Below are positions 29,716 to 38,608 of a stretch of 64,000 bases of DNA, piece after piece; within the stretch, counting starts at the first letter, position 1; every line of letters starts with the position of its first letter. A program made the translations under genes and the position numbers. The notes under the pieces were generated by a model. The model was not told the origin of the DNA, did no database searches, and saw nothing but the letters and a program-made list of their open reading frames with translations. The stretch spans positions 96,001 through 160,000 of the forward strand of contig JAXGNR010000005.1 of the NCBI GenBank assembly GCA_040767965.1, given 5' to 3'. The DNA is from Atribacterota bacterium (GTDB lineage Bacteria > Atribacterota > Phoenicimicrobiia > Phoenicimicrobiales > Stramentimicrobiaceae).

Positions 29716-30711
29716 TTAATTGCTAATCCATGGAATCATGTCACGAATTGTTTTGCCAACTTTTTCAAGAAGGGAAGTTGATTCCTGATGGCGCATAGCA
29801 TTGAAGAATGGTCTTCCTACCTGGTTTTCTAATAACCAATCTCTTGCAAAAGTTCCATTTTGGACTTCCTTTAAGATTTTTTTCATTTCTTTTCTGGTAT
29901 CTTCGTTAATAACTCTACTACCAGATTTAAAACTGCCATATTCAGCTGTATTACTGACATCATTGTGCATATGGGTAATTCCACCCTCATAAATTAAGTC
30001 AACAATTAATTTAAGCTCATGAAGACATTCAAAATAAGCTACTTCTGGCTGGTATCCTGCCTCGACCAGTGTATCAAATCCTGCTTTTATCATAGCGGTA
30101 ACTCCGCCACATAAAACAGCCTGTTCTCCAAATAGATCGGTTTCGGTCTCTTCCTGGAAAGTAGTTTCCAAAACTCCTGCCCTAGTTGCCCCAATTGCCT
30201 GCGCATAAGCTAGTGCAATATCTTTAGCATTGCCTGAATAGTCTTGATAAACTGCTATTAAACTGGGAACCCCTAAACCCTGGGTATAAATTTTTCTTAC
30301 AATTGCACCGGGTCCTTTTGGAGCAACCATTACTACATCAACATTTTTAGGTGGTATTATTTGTTTAAAGTGAATATTAAATCCATGAGAAAACATTAAT
30401 ACTTTGTTTTCAGTTAAATTTTTATCAATGCTATTATTATAAAAAACTTGTGTTTGAACTTCATCAGGAACTAGAATCTGGATTATATCAGCCTGTTTTG
30501 CAGCTTTCTCTACAGTTTCAACTTTTAAACCTTCTTTTTTTGCTTTATCCCAGGAACTGCTATTTTCTCTTAATCCTATTACAACATTTACTCCACTATC
30601 TTTTAAGTTTAAAGATTGTCCTCTACCTTGACTACCATAACCGATAACAGCAACAGTCTTGTTTTCCAGGAATTTTTTTTGTGCATCCTGATCATAATAA
30701 ATTTTTGCCAT
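29716..30711 (-). CDS. ilvC: Ketol-acid reductoisomerase (class I)
   Basis: [32 protein letters not shown] and YFECLHE motifs. Confidence 0.97.
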   Translation of the reverse strand: MAKIYYDQDAQKKFLENKTVAVIGYGSQGRGQSLNLKDSGVNVVIGLRENSSSWDKAKKEGLKVETVEKAAKQADIIQILVPDEVQTQVFYNNSIDKNLTENKVLMFSHGFNIHFKQIIPPKNVDVVMVAPKGPGAIVRKIYTQGLGVPSLIAVYQDYSGNAKDIALAYAQAIGATRAGVLETTFQEETETDLFGEQAVLCGGVTAMIKAGFDTLVEAGYQPEVAYFECLHELKLIVDLIYEGGITHMHNDVSNTAEYGSFKSGSRVINEDTRKEMKKILKEVQNGTFARDWLLENQVGRPFFNAMRHQESTSLLEKVGKTIRDMIPWISN

Positions 30712-30800
30712 TATAAAATCCTCCCTAAATATTATTTATTTATTGTTTTAATTTCACTTAAAATACAAGTATATCAGAAAAAATAGTTACTCGGTATCTT

Positions 30801-31295
30801 TTACTTCAATATTTTATCTGCACCTCTGGTAAGTGCTATTTTGCCAGTTCTGGAAATTTCCAGTATGCCAAATGATTCTAATAGCTTTAGTTTAGCATTT
30901 ATTTTTTCCTGAGTCCCGGTAATTTCAATTGTAAGAGCTTGTTTGTCTATGTCTACTATATGACCCCGAAAAGCTTCAATTAATTGCATTATTTCTGTTC
31001 TCTGGTCTGTTGTTTTTGTTCTTACTTTTATCAAAGCTAATTCTCTTTCAACAGAAGTTTCTCTGGGTAAGTCTCTTACTCTGATGACATCTACCAGTTT
31101 GTTGAGCTGCTTGGTTATTTGCTCCAGAATGCCTTCATCACCTTCAGTAATTATTGTAATGCGAGTGATGCCTTTTTTTTCTGAATGTCCGGCAGCTATA
31201 CTTTCAATATTAAATCTCCTTCGATTAAACAAACTGGAAACTCGAGCTAGCACTCCCGGAGTATCTTTAACTAAGATGGCAATAGTGTGTTTCAT
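30801..31295 (-). CDS. ilvN: Acetolactate synthase small subunit
   Basis: PGVLARV, FNIESI, QITKQLNKLVDV and ERELALIKV motifs. Confidence 0.95.
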   Translation of the reverse strand: MKHTIAILVKDTPGVLARVSSLFNRRRFNIESIAAGHSEKKGITRITIITEGDEGILEQITKQLNKLVDVIRVRDLPRETSVERELALIKVRTKTTDQRTEIMQLIEAFRGHIVDIDKQALTIEITGTQEKINAKLKLLESFGILEISRTGKIALTRGADKILK

Positions 31296-32974
31296 GATTC
31301 ATTTACTCCTAACATTTTATTAATTGGTTCCCCGGGTGCAACCATGGGGAATACATTTTCTTCTGGTGGTACCAGACAGTCCAACAGGATAAATTGATTA
31401 CAGGATAATGCCTCTTCAAGAGCTTTGTCAAAATCATCTTTGGTAGCAACTTTGATCCCTTTACCTCCATAAACTTCGGTTAATTTTGCAAAATCCGGAG
31501 TTCCTTCCAAAGAGGTAAAAGAGTATCTCCGGTCAAAAAACAATTCTTGCCATTGTCTGACCATTCCCAGGTAACCATTATTCATAATTATAGTTATTAT
31601 TGGTAATTTGTTATTGATGGCAGTTGCTAATTCTTGAACATTCATTTGAAAACCTCCATCACCTGCAATACAGAATATTTTTTTCTGTGGACATCCGAAT
31701 TGTGCCCCTATTGCAGCAGGCAATCCAAATCCCATTGTGCCTAATCCACCTGAGGTGATAAAGCTTCTTGGGTAGACATATTGATAATATTGGGCAGACC
31801 ACATTTGGTGTTGGCCAACATCTGTGACAATAATAGCGTCGCCTTTAGTTTTTTCTGATATTTTTTCAATAATATATTGTGGTCTAAGATATTCATCTCT
31901 TTTATAATTTAACGGTTTTTTTAATTTTAGCTGGGCAATTTTTGTAAGCCATCCTGTTTCATTTTTTGGTTCTACAAGCTGACCTAGTTTTCCAAGAACA
32001 TATTTCAAGTCACCCACAATAGGAATATCTATTTTTATATTCTTACTAATTTCTGCCGGGTCAATATCAACATGGATAAAGCTGGCTTTAGTGCAAAATA
32101 ATTTTTTACTGCCAGTTACCCGGTCATCAAAGCGAACTCCCAGAGCAATAATCAAATCTGCTTCATTGAGAGACATATTGGCACAATAAAGGCCGTGCAT
32201 TCCCAACATACCTAGAGATAGCGGGTGATTTTCTGGAAAACCACCTAACCCCATTAATGTTGTTGTTACAGGAATATTAGCTTTTTCAGCTAGTCCAAGT
32301 AATTCTTTTGCTGCGTTAGAAGTAATAACTCCTCCTCCGGCGTAAATGACCGGTTTTTTTGCTTTTTGAATCGCATCAGCAGCTTTTTTTATCTGGTTTA
32401 GATTTCCCTTTACAGTTGGATGATATCCTATGTATTTGTCTTTTTCAGGATAATGAAATTCTGTTTTTGCAATTTGAACATCTTTGGGTATGTCTATTAA
32501 AACCGGACCAGGCCTTCCGGTTCTTGCCAAATAAAACGCTTCTTTAATTGTGTTCGCAAGATCTTTTACATCCATAACTAAATAGTTATTTTTGGTTACA
32601 GGAAGGGTAATACCAATAGTGTCAACTTCCTGAAAGGCATCAGACCCAATAAGGGGTGATGCAACCTGGCCAGTAAAGGCAACGATGGGAATTGAATCTA
32701 GATAGGCATTTGCCAGGCCTGTGACTAAGTTGGTAGCACCTGGACCTGATGTGGCTATACATACCCCGACATCTCCGGTGGCACGGGCATAGCCGTCAGC
32801 TGCATGAATTGCTCCTTGTTCATGTTTTGTTAATATATGAGTAAAAGTAGCTTTTTCATGGATTGTATGATAAAGAGGTATTACAGCACCTCCAGGTATC
32901 CCGAAAACTACCTGTACCTTTTCTCTTTTAAGACATTCAACGACAATTTCAGTCCCGCTTAATTTCAATCTCAT
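31292..32974 (-). CDS. ilvB: Acetolactate synthase large subunit
   Basis: HEQGA, TSGPGATN, DAFQE, RFDDRVTG, GLGTMGFG, GDGGFQM and LGMVRQWQ motifs. Confidence 0.96.
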   Translation of the reverse strand: MRLKLSGTEIVVECLKREKVQVVFGIPGGAVIPLYHTIHEKATFTHILTKHEQGAIHAADGYARATGDVGVCIATSGPGATNLVTGLANAYLDSIPIVAFTGQVASPLIGSDAFQEVDTIGITLPVTKNNYLVMDVKDLANTIKEAFYLARTGRPGPVLIDIPKDVQIAKTEFHYPEKDKYIGYHPTVKGNLNQIKKAADAIQKAKKPVIYAGGGVITSNAAKELLGLAEKANIPVTTTLMGLGGFPENHPLSLGMLGMHGLYCANMSLNEADLIIALGVRFDDRVTGSKKLFCTKASFIHVDIDPAEISKNIKIDIPIVGDLKYVLGKLGQLVEPKNETGWLTKIAQLKLKKPLNYKRDEYLRPQYIIEKISEKTKGDAIIVTDVGQHQMWSAQYYQYVYPRSFITSGGLGTMGFGLPAAIGAQFGCPQKKIFCIAGDGGFQMNVQELATAINNKLPIITIIMNNGYLGMVRQWQELFFDRRYSFTSLEGTPDFAKLTEVYGGKGIKVATKDDFDKALEEALSCNQFILLDCLVPPEENVFPMVAPGEPINKMLGVNES

Positions 32975-33052
32975 TTCCTCCTTCTGTTAATTAGTCTGAC
33001 TAACTTACTTTCTGTTCTAACTAATTTTTTTAAAATAATGCATCAGATCTTA

Positions 33053-33328
33053 AATAAAAAAACTCTCATCCCTATCCTAATCATTTTAGATTAAAATAGG
33101 GACGAGAGCTCGTGGTACCACCCTAATTCAATAAAGAAAAAATATCTTTATACTTAATTTGGATAACGTATCATAAAATAAAAATATGCCATTGGCAATA
33201 TATGAATACGGTTGAATTTAAATCTATCAACTGAATATGAAAGTGATTTTCAGTAAAACTAAAAACTGCCATTTTGCACCAGGTACAGGCTCTCTTTAGT
33301 TTTTTGTTTTACTTACTCGCTTTTATAA
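33053..33328 (-). ncRNA. T-box riboswitch leader of ilvBNC, Ile (AUC) specifier
   Basis: Minus strand: stem I with AGUA, an AGAGAG bulge, a GGUGCAA distal loop and specifier loop GAAA-AUC-A (33247-33245). T-box AAUUAGGGUGGUACCACG at 33128-33111. Terminator CUCUCGUCCCUAU...AUAGGGAUGAGAG plus U-tract. Confidence 0.92.
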
Positions 33329-33356
33329 ATAAGAAAATACTATTAAATTTCTACCG

Positions 33357-33385
33357 ATTTTACTAAAAAAAAATATAAATGTCAA
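33357..33385 (-). promoter_or_regulatory. Sigma70 promoter of the T-box/ilvBNC transcript
   Basis: Minus strand TTGACA-N17-TAAAAT. Confidence 0.75.
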
Positions 33386-33424
33386 AACAATTTTTATATT
33401 TTTTTATAATTTGTTTAAAAAAGC

Positions 33425-33453
33425 TTGACAGCTGATTTTATTTATGTTAACTT
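33425..33453 (+). promoter_or_regulatory. Sigma70 promoter of the aro operon leader
   Basis: TTGACA-N17-TAACTT with an extended -10 TG. Confidence 0.7.
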
Positions 33454-33484
33454 TTATTTTAATCAAAAAATTAGGAGCAATAAG

Positions 33485-33571
33485 ATGCTAAGGAAACAAA
33501 GCCAAATTCAGTTTTATTTTAGCTATTTATATTTCTATTTTATTGGCGATGTTTGTGCCTTAGTATCATAA
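33485..33571 (+). CDS. Phe/Tyr-rich attenuator leader peptide, 28 aa (MLRKQSQIQFYFSYLYFYFIGDVCALVS)
   Basis: SD AGGAG at 33473-33477; 4 Phe and 4 Tyr within codons 10-19; followed by alternative hairpins and a terminator. Confidence 0.85.
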   Translation: MLRKQSQIQFYFSYLYFYFIGDVCALVS

Positions 33572-33596
33572 GCAAAGCATATACAAAATAGCTAAA

Positions 33597-33641
33597 AAAG
33601 ATACCATAGGCAGAAACATCGAAAATGCCTATGGTATCTTT
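33597..33641 (+). promoter_or_regulatory. Attenuator anti-antiterminator hairpin (16-bp perfect stem)
   Basis: AAAGATACCATAGGCA-N13-TGCCTATGGTATCTTT; the right arm can alternatively pair with the terminator left arm. Confidence 0.8.
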
Positions 33642-33657
33642 ATATGTTAGTACATAT

Positions 33658-33699
33658 AAAGGACTATAGGATTTTTTATACCTATAGTCCTTTTTTTTT
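33658..33699 (+). terminator. Attenuator (conditional intrinsic terminator) upstream of aroH
   Basis: AAAGGACTATAGG-N10-CCTATAGTCC followed by T9. Confidence 0.9.
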
Positions 33700-33771
33700 A
33701 TTCTTTCTTATCTTTCTTATTGAAAGAATATTCAAGTTAAGTTTAATTACGAAATAACAGGAGGAAAATTA

Positions 33772-34149
33772 ATGTCAGTAAGAGGTATCAGGGGTGCAAC
33801 TACAGTAAATGATAATAGTAAAAAATCTATTTTAGAAGGAACTAAGGAATTGTTAATAGAACTGCGAACTGCAAATAAATTCGATACAGAAGATATTGTG
33901 ACCATCTTTTTTAGCTCAACTCCTGATTTAAATGCTGCATTTCCTGCAGCAGCAGCCAGAGAGCTTGGCTGGAATATGGTACCTCTTTTTGGTATGCAGG
34001 AGGCGAACATAAAGGAAGGCTTGAAGAAATGTATCAGAATCCTTATTCAAATAAACAGCAATAAATTACAAGCTGAAATGAAACATTGTTACCTGCATGA
34101 AGCCAAGGGATTGAGAAAAGATTTAATTGATAAAAAAGGGGAGAGATAA
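33772..34149 (+). CDS. aroH: Chorismate mutase, AroH class
   Basis: VRGIRGATTV, DLNAAFPA, CIRIL and H.YL..A..LR.D motifs. Confidence 0.93.
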   Translation: MSVRGIRGATTVNDNSKKSILEGTKELLIELRTANKFDTEDIVTIFFSSTPDLNAAFPAAAARELGWNMVPLFGMQEANIKEGLKKCIRILIQINSNKLQAEMKHCYLHEAKGLRKDLIDKKGER

Positions 34150-34151
34150 AA

Positions 34152-35198
34152 ATGATATTAGTAATGGATAGTCATTCCGGGGAAGAAGAACTTAACAAGA
34201 TCAGCAATAAATTAAAAAGCATGGATTTTGAATTAGAGATAAGCAAGGGAAAAGAAAAGATAATAATTGGAATTATCGGAGATACAAGAAAGCTGCTTGA
34301 TTTTCCTTTTTATTCATATTCAGGAGTAATTGATGTTTTAAAAGTATTAAAACCTTATAAACTTGCCAGTCGGGAGTTTCGGGAAAAATCTACTATTGTT
34401 AAAATTGGGAATACTTTAATAGGAGAGCATGAATTGACTTTTATGGCCGGCCCTTGTTCTGTAGAAAATGAAGAGCAAATGTATGAAGCAGCTGCAGGTT
34501 TAAGCAAAATGGGCGTGAAAATCCTGCGTGGCGGAGCTTTTAAACCAAGAACTTCTCCATATAGTTTCCAGGGATTAGGGAAAAAAGGCTTGGAGATGAT
34601 GAGCGATGCTGCCAAAAAACATAATTTACTGGTAATTACTGAAGTTATGTCAATCGAGCAAATAGATATAATTACTCCTTATGCAGATATCCTGCAGGTA
34701 GGCGCCAGGAATATGCAGAATTTCATGCTTTTAAAGGAATTAGGTAAAATAAAGAAACCCGTTATGCTCAAAAGAGGGATGTCTTCTACAATCGAGGAAC
34801 TTTTATTGTCAGCTGAATACATATTATCAGGAGGCAATAAAAAAGTTATTCTTTGCGAAAGAGGTATTCGTACTTTTGAAACTTACACTCGTAATACCTT
34901 AGATTTAAGTGCAGTACCGGCAATTAAAGAATTAAGCCATTTGCCAATTATTGTTGATACCAGTCATTCTACTGGTCGCAAAGAATTAGTTTGCCCTATG
35001 TCAAAAGCAGCTATTGCCTGTGGCGCTGATGGATTAATGATCGAAGTGCACCCATATCCGAATCTTGCCCTGTGCGATGGAGCACAATCGCTTAGTTTAA
35101 ATGAATTTTCAGATCTATTAGCAGAAACTGAAAAGATAGCTCATGCTATGGGAAAAACATTTCATGCTGCCTGCAGCACTGCTGATACCATAGCTTAG
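34152..35198 (+). CDS. aroF: DAHP synthase type I-beta with N-terminal ACT domain, copy 1
   Basis: AGPCSVE, RGGAFKPRTSPYSFQG, GARNMQNF and LCERGIRTFE motifs. Confidence 0.93.
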   Translation: MILVMDSHSGEEELNKISNKLKSMDFELEISKGKEKIIIGIIGDTRKLLDFPFYSYSGVIDVLKVLKPYKLASREFREKSTIVKIGNTLIGEHELTFMAGPCSVENEEQMYEAAAGLSKMGVKILRGGAFKPRTSPYSFQGLGKKGLEMMSDAAKKHNLLVITEVMSIEQIDIITPYADILQVGARNMQNFMLLKELGKIKKPVMLKRGMSSTIEELLLSAEYILSGGNKKVILCERGIRTFETYTRNTLDLSAVPAIKELSHLPIIVDTSHSTGRKELVCPMSKAAIACGADGLMIEVHPYPNLALCDGAQSLSLNEFSDLLAETEKIAHAMGKTFHAACSTADTIA

Positions 35199-36131
35199 AA
35201 TAAATATTTAATAATTTAATAATAGGACAAATAAAAGGTTCTTTTCAAATTCAGAGAAGACCAGATAAGGATAGAAATTTTTTAAAATTAGATTAGTAAT
35301 AATATTAAAAAGACAGGTAGCCTAAAGGAGAAAAATTATGGTAATAGTTATGGATGGAAAAACTGAAGAGAATAGTATTACAAAGATCAGCGATAAGTTA
35401 AAAAGCATGGGTTTTGAACTACAAACTATTAAAGGAAAAAATAAAATTGTGATTGGAATTATTGGAGATACCAGAAAGTTATTGAATTTTCCTTTTCATT
35501 CTTATGAAGGAGTTGTGGATGTTCTGAAAGTTTCTAAACCGTATAAACTTGCAAGCAGAGAATTTAGAGAATTGTCCACCATTATAAAAATTAACGATGT
35601 GCTTATAGGAGGTCAGGATACTGTTATTATGGCTGGCCCCTGCGCTGTAGAAAACGAAAAACAAATCTATGAAATTGCCGAGAATATCAGCAAAATGGGC
35701 GTGAAAATCCTGCGTGGCGGAGCTTTTAAACCAAGAACTTCTCCATATAGTTTCCAGGGATTAGGGAAAAAAGGCTTGGAGATGATGAGCGATGCTGCCA
35801 AAAAACATAATTTACTGGTAATTACTGAAGTTATGTCAATCGAGCAAATAGATATAATTACTCCTTATGCAGATATCCTGCAGGTAGGCGCCAGGAATAT
35901 GCAGAATTTCATGCTTTTAAAGGAATTAGGTAAAATAAAGAAACCCGTTATGCTCAAAAGAGGGATGTCTTCTACAATCGAGGAACTTTTATTGTCAGCT
36001 GAATACATATTATCAGGAGGCAATAAAAAAGTTATTCTTTGCGAAAGAGGTATTCGTACTTTTGAAACTTACACTCGTAATACCTTAGATTTAAGTGCAG
36101 TACCGGCAATTAAAGAATTAAGCCATTTGCC
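34503..36131 (+). repeat. 443-bp direct repeat (34503-34945 and 35689-36131), plus a 53-bp repeat (34998-35050 and 36184-36236), between the two DAHP synthase genes
   Basis: Read as identical by eye at a constant offset of 1186 bp; flanking sequence is diverged. Confidence 0.88.
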
Positions 36132-36375
36132 TGTCATAGTTGACCCCAGTCATGGAACCGGGAGAAGAGAAATGATTAATTCCATGTCAAAAGCAGCTAT
36201 TGCCTGTGGCGCTGATGGATTAATGATCGAAGTGCATCCGCATCGCGAAATGGCTTTAAGCGATGGTTCTCAATCATTAGACTTTGAAGCATTTAGAAGT
36301 TTGCTGATAGATTTAAAAAGGGTAGCTGATTCAGTAGACCGAACTGTTAATTATAATTATATATCATTTTTATAG
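35338..36375 (+). CDS. aroF: DAHP synthase type I-beta with N-terminal ACT domain, copy 2
   Basis: Same motifs as copy 1, plus DPSHGTG and ALSDG.QSL. Confidence 0.93.
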   Translation: MVIVMDGKTEENSITKISDKLKSMGFELQTIKGKNKIVIGIIGDTRKLLNFPFHSYEGVVDVLKVSKPYKLASREFRELSTIIKINDVLIGGQDTVIMAGPCAVENEKQIYEIAENISKMGVKILRGGAFKPRTSPYSFQGLGKKGLEMMSDAAKKHNLLVITEVMSIEQIDIITPYADILQVGARNMQNFMLLKELGKIKKPVMLKRGMSSTIEELLLSAEYILSGGNKKVILCERGIRTFETYTRNTLDLSAVPAIKELSHLPVIVDPSHGTGRREMINSMSKAAIACGADGLMIEVHPHREMALSDGSQSLDFEAFRSLLIDLKRVADSVDRTVNYNYISFL

Positions 36376-36401
36376 GAAGTTTATAGGAAGGAAATAAACG
36401 T

Positions 36402-37697
36402 TTGGATAATATAGTAAATGGAATAAAAAATAAATTGCTAAAAAAAACTATATATATTCCCGGAGACAAATCAATTACTCATCGTGCAATTATTTTATCT
36501 TCTATTGCATCAGGTGAATCAATAATAAATAATTATTTAAATGCTTTGGATTGTCAGAGTACCATAAAATGCATGCAAAACTTAGGAGTAATAATTGAAG
36601 AAAAAGATCCCATGACATTAAGAATATTTGGCAAGGGGATTAAAGGACTGCAAGCCCCAAGCAATGTTTTGGATGTGGGAAATTCAGGAACAACGATAAG
36701 GCTATTAGCTGGATTACTTTGTGGACAGGAATTTACAAGCACTCTCGATGGTGATGATTCTGTCAGGAAAAGACCGATGGATAGAATCATTAAGCCATTA
36801 TCATTAATGAATGCTGATATAAATAGTTTGACAGAGAAGAAGTTTGCACCTCTGAAGATAATCGGAAAACCATTAAGGCCTATACACTATAGCATGCCAG
36901 TAGCAAGTGCCCAGGTGAAATCGGCAATACTGCTGGCTGGTCTTTATGCTGATGGAGAAACAATAATCAGGGAAAAAGAACAAACAAGAGATCACACTGA
37001 AAGAATGTTAAGTTTTATGCAGGTTGATATTAAAAGAAGGCCAAAAAAGATTATTACTATTACACCCGTAAAAGCACTTAAAAATGTTAATATTGATATT
37101 CCAGGAGATATTTCTTCAGCCGCTTATTTTCTAGCATTAGGGTGTGCCAGAAAAGATTCAGAACTAATCATTAGAAATGTAGGAATCAATAAAACCCGAA
37201 CAGGCTTTCTGGAGGTGCTCAAAAAAATGGGAGCTAACATTACAATTATAAATAAAAAAGTTATTTCCAATGAACCCAGGGCAGACCTCCTTTTAAAAGG
37301 AGGTCTTTTAAAAGGTATAAAGATTGATCAAAAAATAATTGCCAACATTATTGATGAACTGCCATTAGTTGCTGTTCTGGGGGCTCTAGCAAAAGGAAAA
37401 ACTATAGTTGAACAGGCCCAGGAATTAAGAGTAAAAGAAAGTGATCGCATTAAAGCAATTGTGGAAGGATTAGCAAGAATGGGGGCTAAAATCATCGAAA
37501 AAGAAGATGGATTTGAAATTATAGGTCCCGCAAAGCTAAAAGGAAATACGGTTAACAGTTATAAAGATCATCGTATAGCCATGTCTTTGACTATTGCCGC
37601 TTCCTATGCAGAAGGGAAAACAATTATTCAAGATGCACAGTGTATTGATATATCTTATCCCGGATTTGTTAACAGTTATCAGGAAGTAATGAAATAA
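36402..37697 (+). CDS. aroA: EPSP synthase
   Basis: PGDKSITHRA, GNSGTTIRL, ASAQVKS, RDHTE, LRVKESDRI and DHRIAM motifs. Confidence 0.96.
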   Translation: MDNIVNGIKNKLLKKTIYIPGDKSITHRAIILSSIASGESIINNYLNALDCQSTIKCMQNLGVIIEEKDPMTLRIFGKGIKGLQAPSNVLDVGNSGTTIRLLAGLLCGQEFTSTLDGDDSVRKRPMDRIIKPLSLMNADINSLTEKKFAPLKIIGKPLRPIHYSMPVASAQVKSAILLAGLYADGETIIREKEQTRDHTERMLSFMQVDIKRRPKKIITITPVKALKNVNIDIPGDISSAAYFLALGCARKDSELIIRNVGINKTRTGFLEVLKKMGANITIINKKVISNEPRADLLLKGGLLKGIKIDQKIIANIIDELPLVAVLGALAKGKTIVEQAQELRVKESDRIKAIVEGLARMGAKIIEKEDGFEIIGPAKLKGNTVNSYKDHRIAMSLTIAASYAEGKTIIQDAQCIDISYPGFVNSYQEVMK

Positions 37698-37727
37698 ATT
37701 ATTAAAATATTAGGATTTAAAAAAAAG

Positions 37728-38582
37728 ATGAAATCTTTAATTTCTATTTTAGGATTAATAGGAGAGCATATCGAGAACAGCCTTTCTCCTTTTATTCACA
37801 AATCTTTTATCTCTGAGCATAGTCTGAATTATTGTTATTTGCCTTTCCAAATAAAAAAAGAGAATTTGGTAAAAGCAATTATTGGAGCAAAATCATTGGG
37901 GGTTAAAGGACTCAATATTACTTTCCCCTTCAAAGAAAAAACAATTTTGCTGTTAGATGAAATAGACTCAGATGCAGAAAATATCGGAGCAATAAATACT
38001 ATTCTAATTAAAAATAATAAAATATGTGGATATAATACTGATTGGAAAGGGTTTACGATTCCTTTAATTAAAAGAAAAATAAAATTAAAAAATAAAAATG
38101 CCATTGTTTTAGGGGCAGGTGGAGCAGCAAGAGCAGTTGTGTATTCTTTAGCAAAGGAAGAGTGTTCTGCTATCTCTATCTTTAATAGGAATCTGGAACA
38201 CGCTTTAGAAATAAAAAAAGATTTTCAAGGATTGTTTCCGTCATGCAAAATAAATATTTTTTCTTTAGATGATGGTGAATTAAAAAAGATAATAAAAAGT
38301 AGCATTTTGCTTGTTAACACTACTCCTTTGGGAAGCTGGTATTATCTTGAACAGTGTCCTTTGCCTGCAGAGATCGATTTGCCTCCCGAAATGTTTGTTT
38401 ATGATTTAATTTACAATCCGGACAAAACACCATTGGTGAAAATGGCTGAAATAAAAGGCAATAAAACAGTAAATGGCAAAGAAATGCTCGTATATCAGGC
38501 AGCAGAGAGTTTTTCCATTTGGACCGGATTATATCCAGGACAAAATACTATTAACCAAATTTTAGATGGTATAAAAGACTAA
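37728..38582 (+). CDS. aroE: Shikimate dehydrogenase
   Basis: SLSP.IH, GLNITFPFK, GAINT, NTD, GAGGAARA and DLIYNP motifs. Confidence 0.94.
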   Translation: MKSLISILGLIGEHIENSLSPFIHKSFISEHSLNYCYLPFQIKKENLVKAIIGAKSLGVKGLNITFPFKEKTILLLDEIDSDAENIGAINTILIKNNKICGYNTDWKGFTIPLIKRKIKLKNKNAIVLGAGGAARAVVYSLAKEECSAISIFNRNLEHALEIKKDFQGLFPSCKINIFSLDDGELKKIIKSSILLVNTTPLGSWYYLEQCPLPAEIDLPPEMFVYDLIYNPDKTPLVKMAEIKGNKTVNGKEMLVYQAAESFSIWTGLYPGQNTINQILDGIKD

Positions 38583-38608
38583 GAAATAATGTAGTTAAGA
38601 GGTATATT

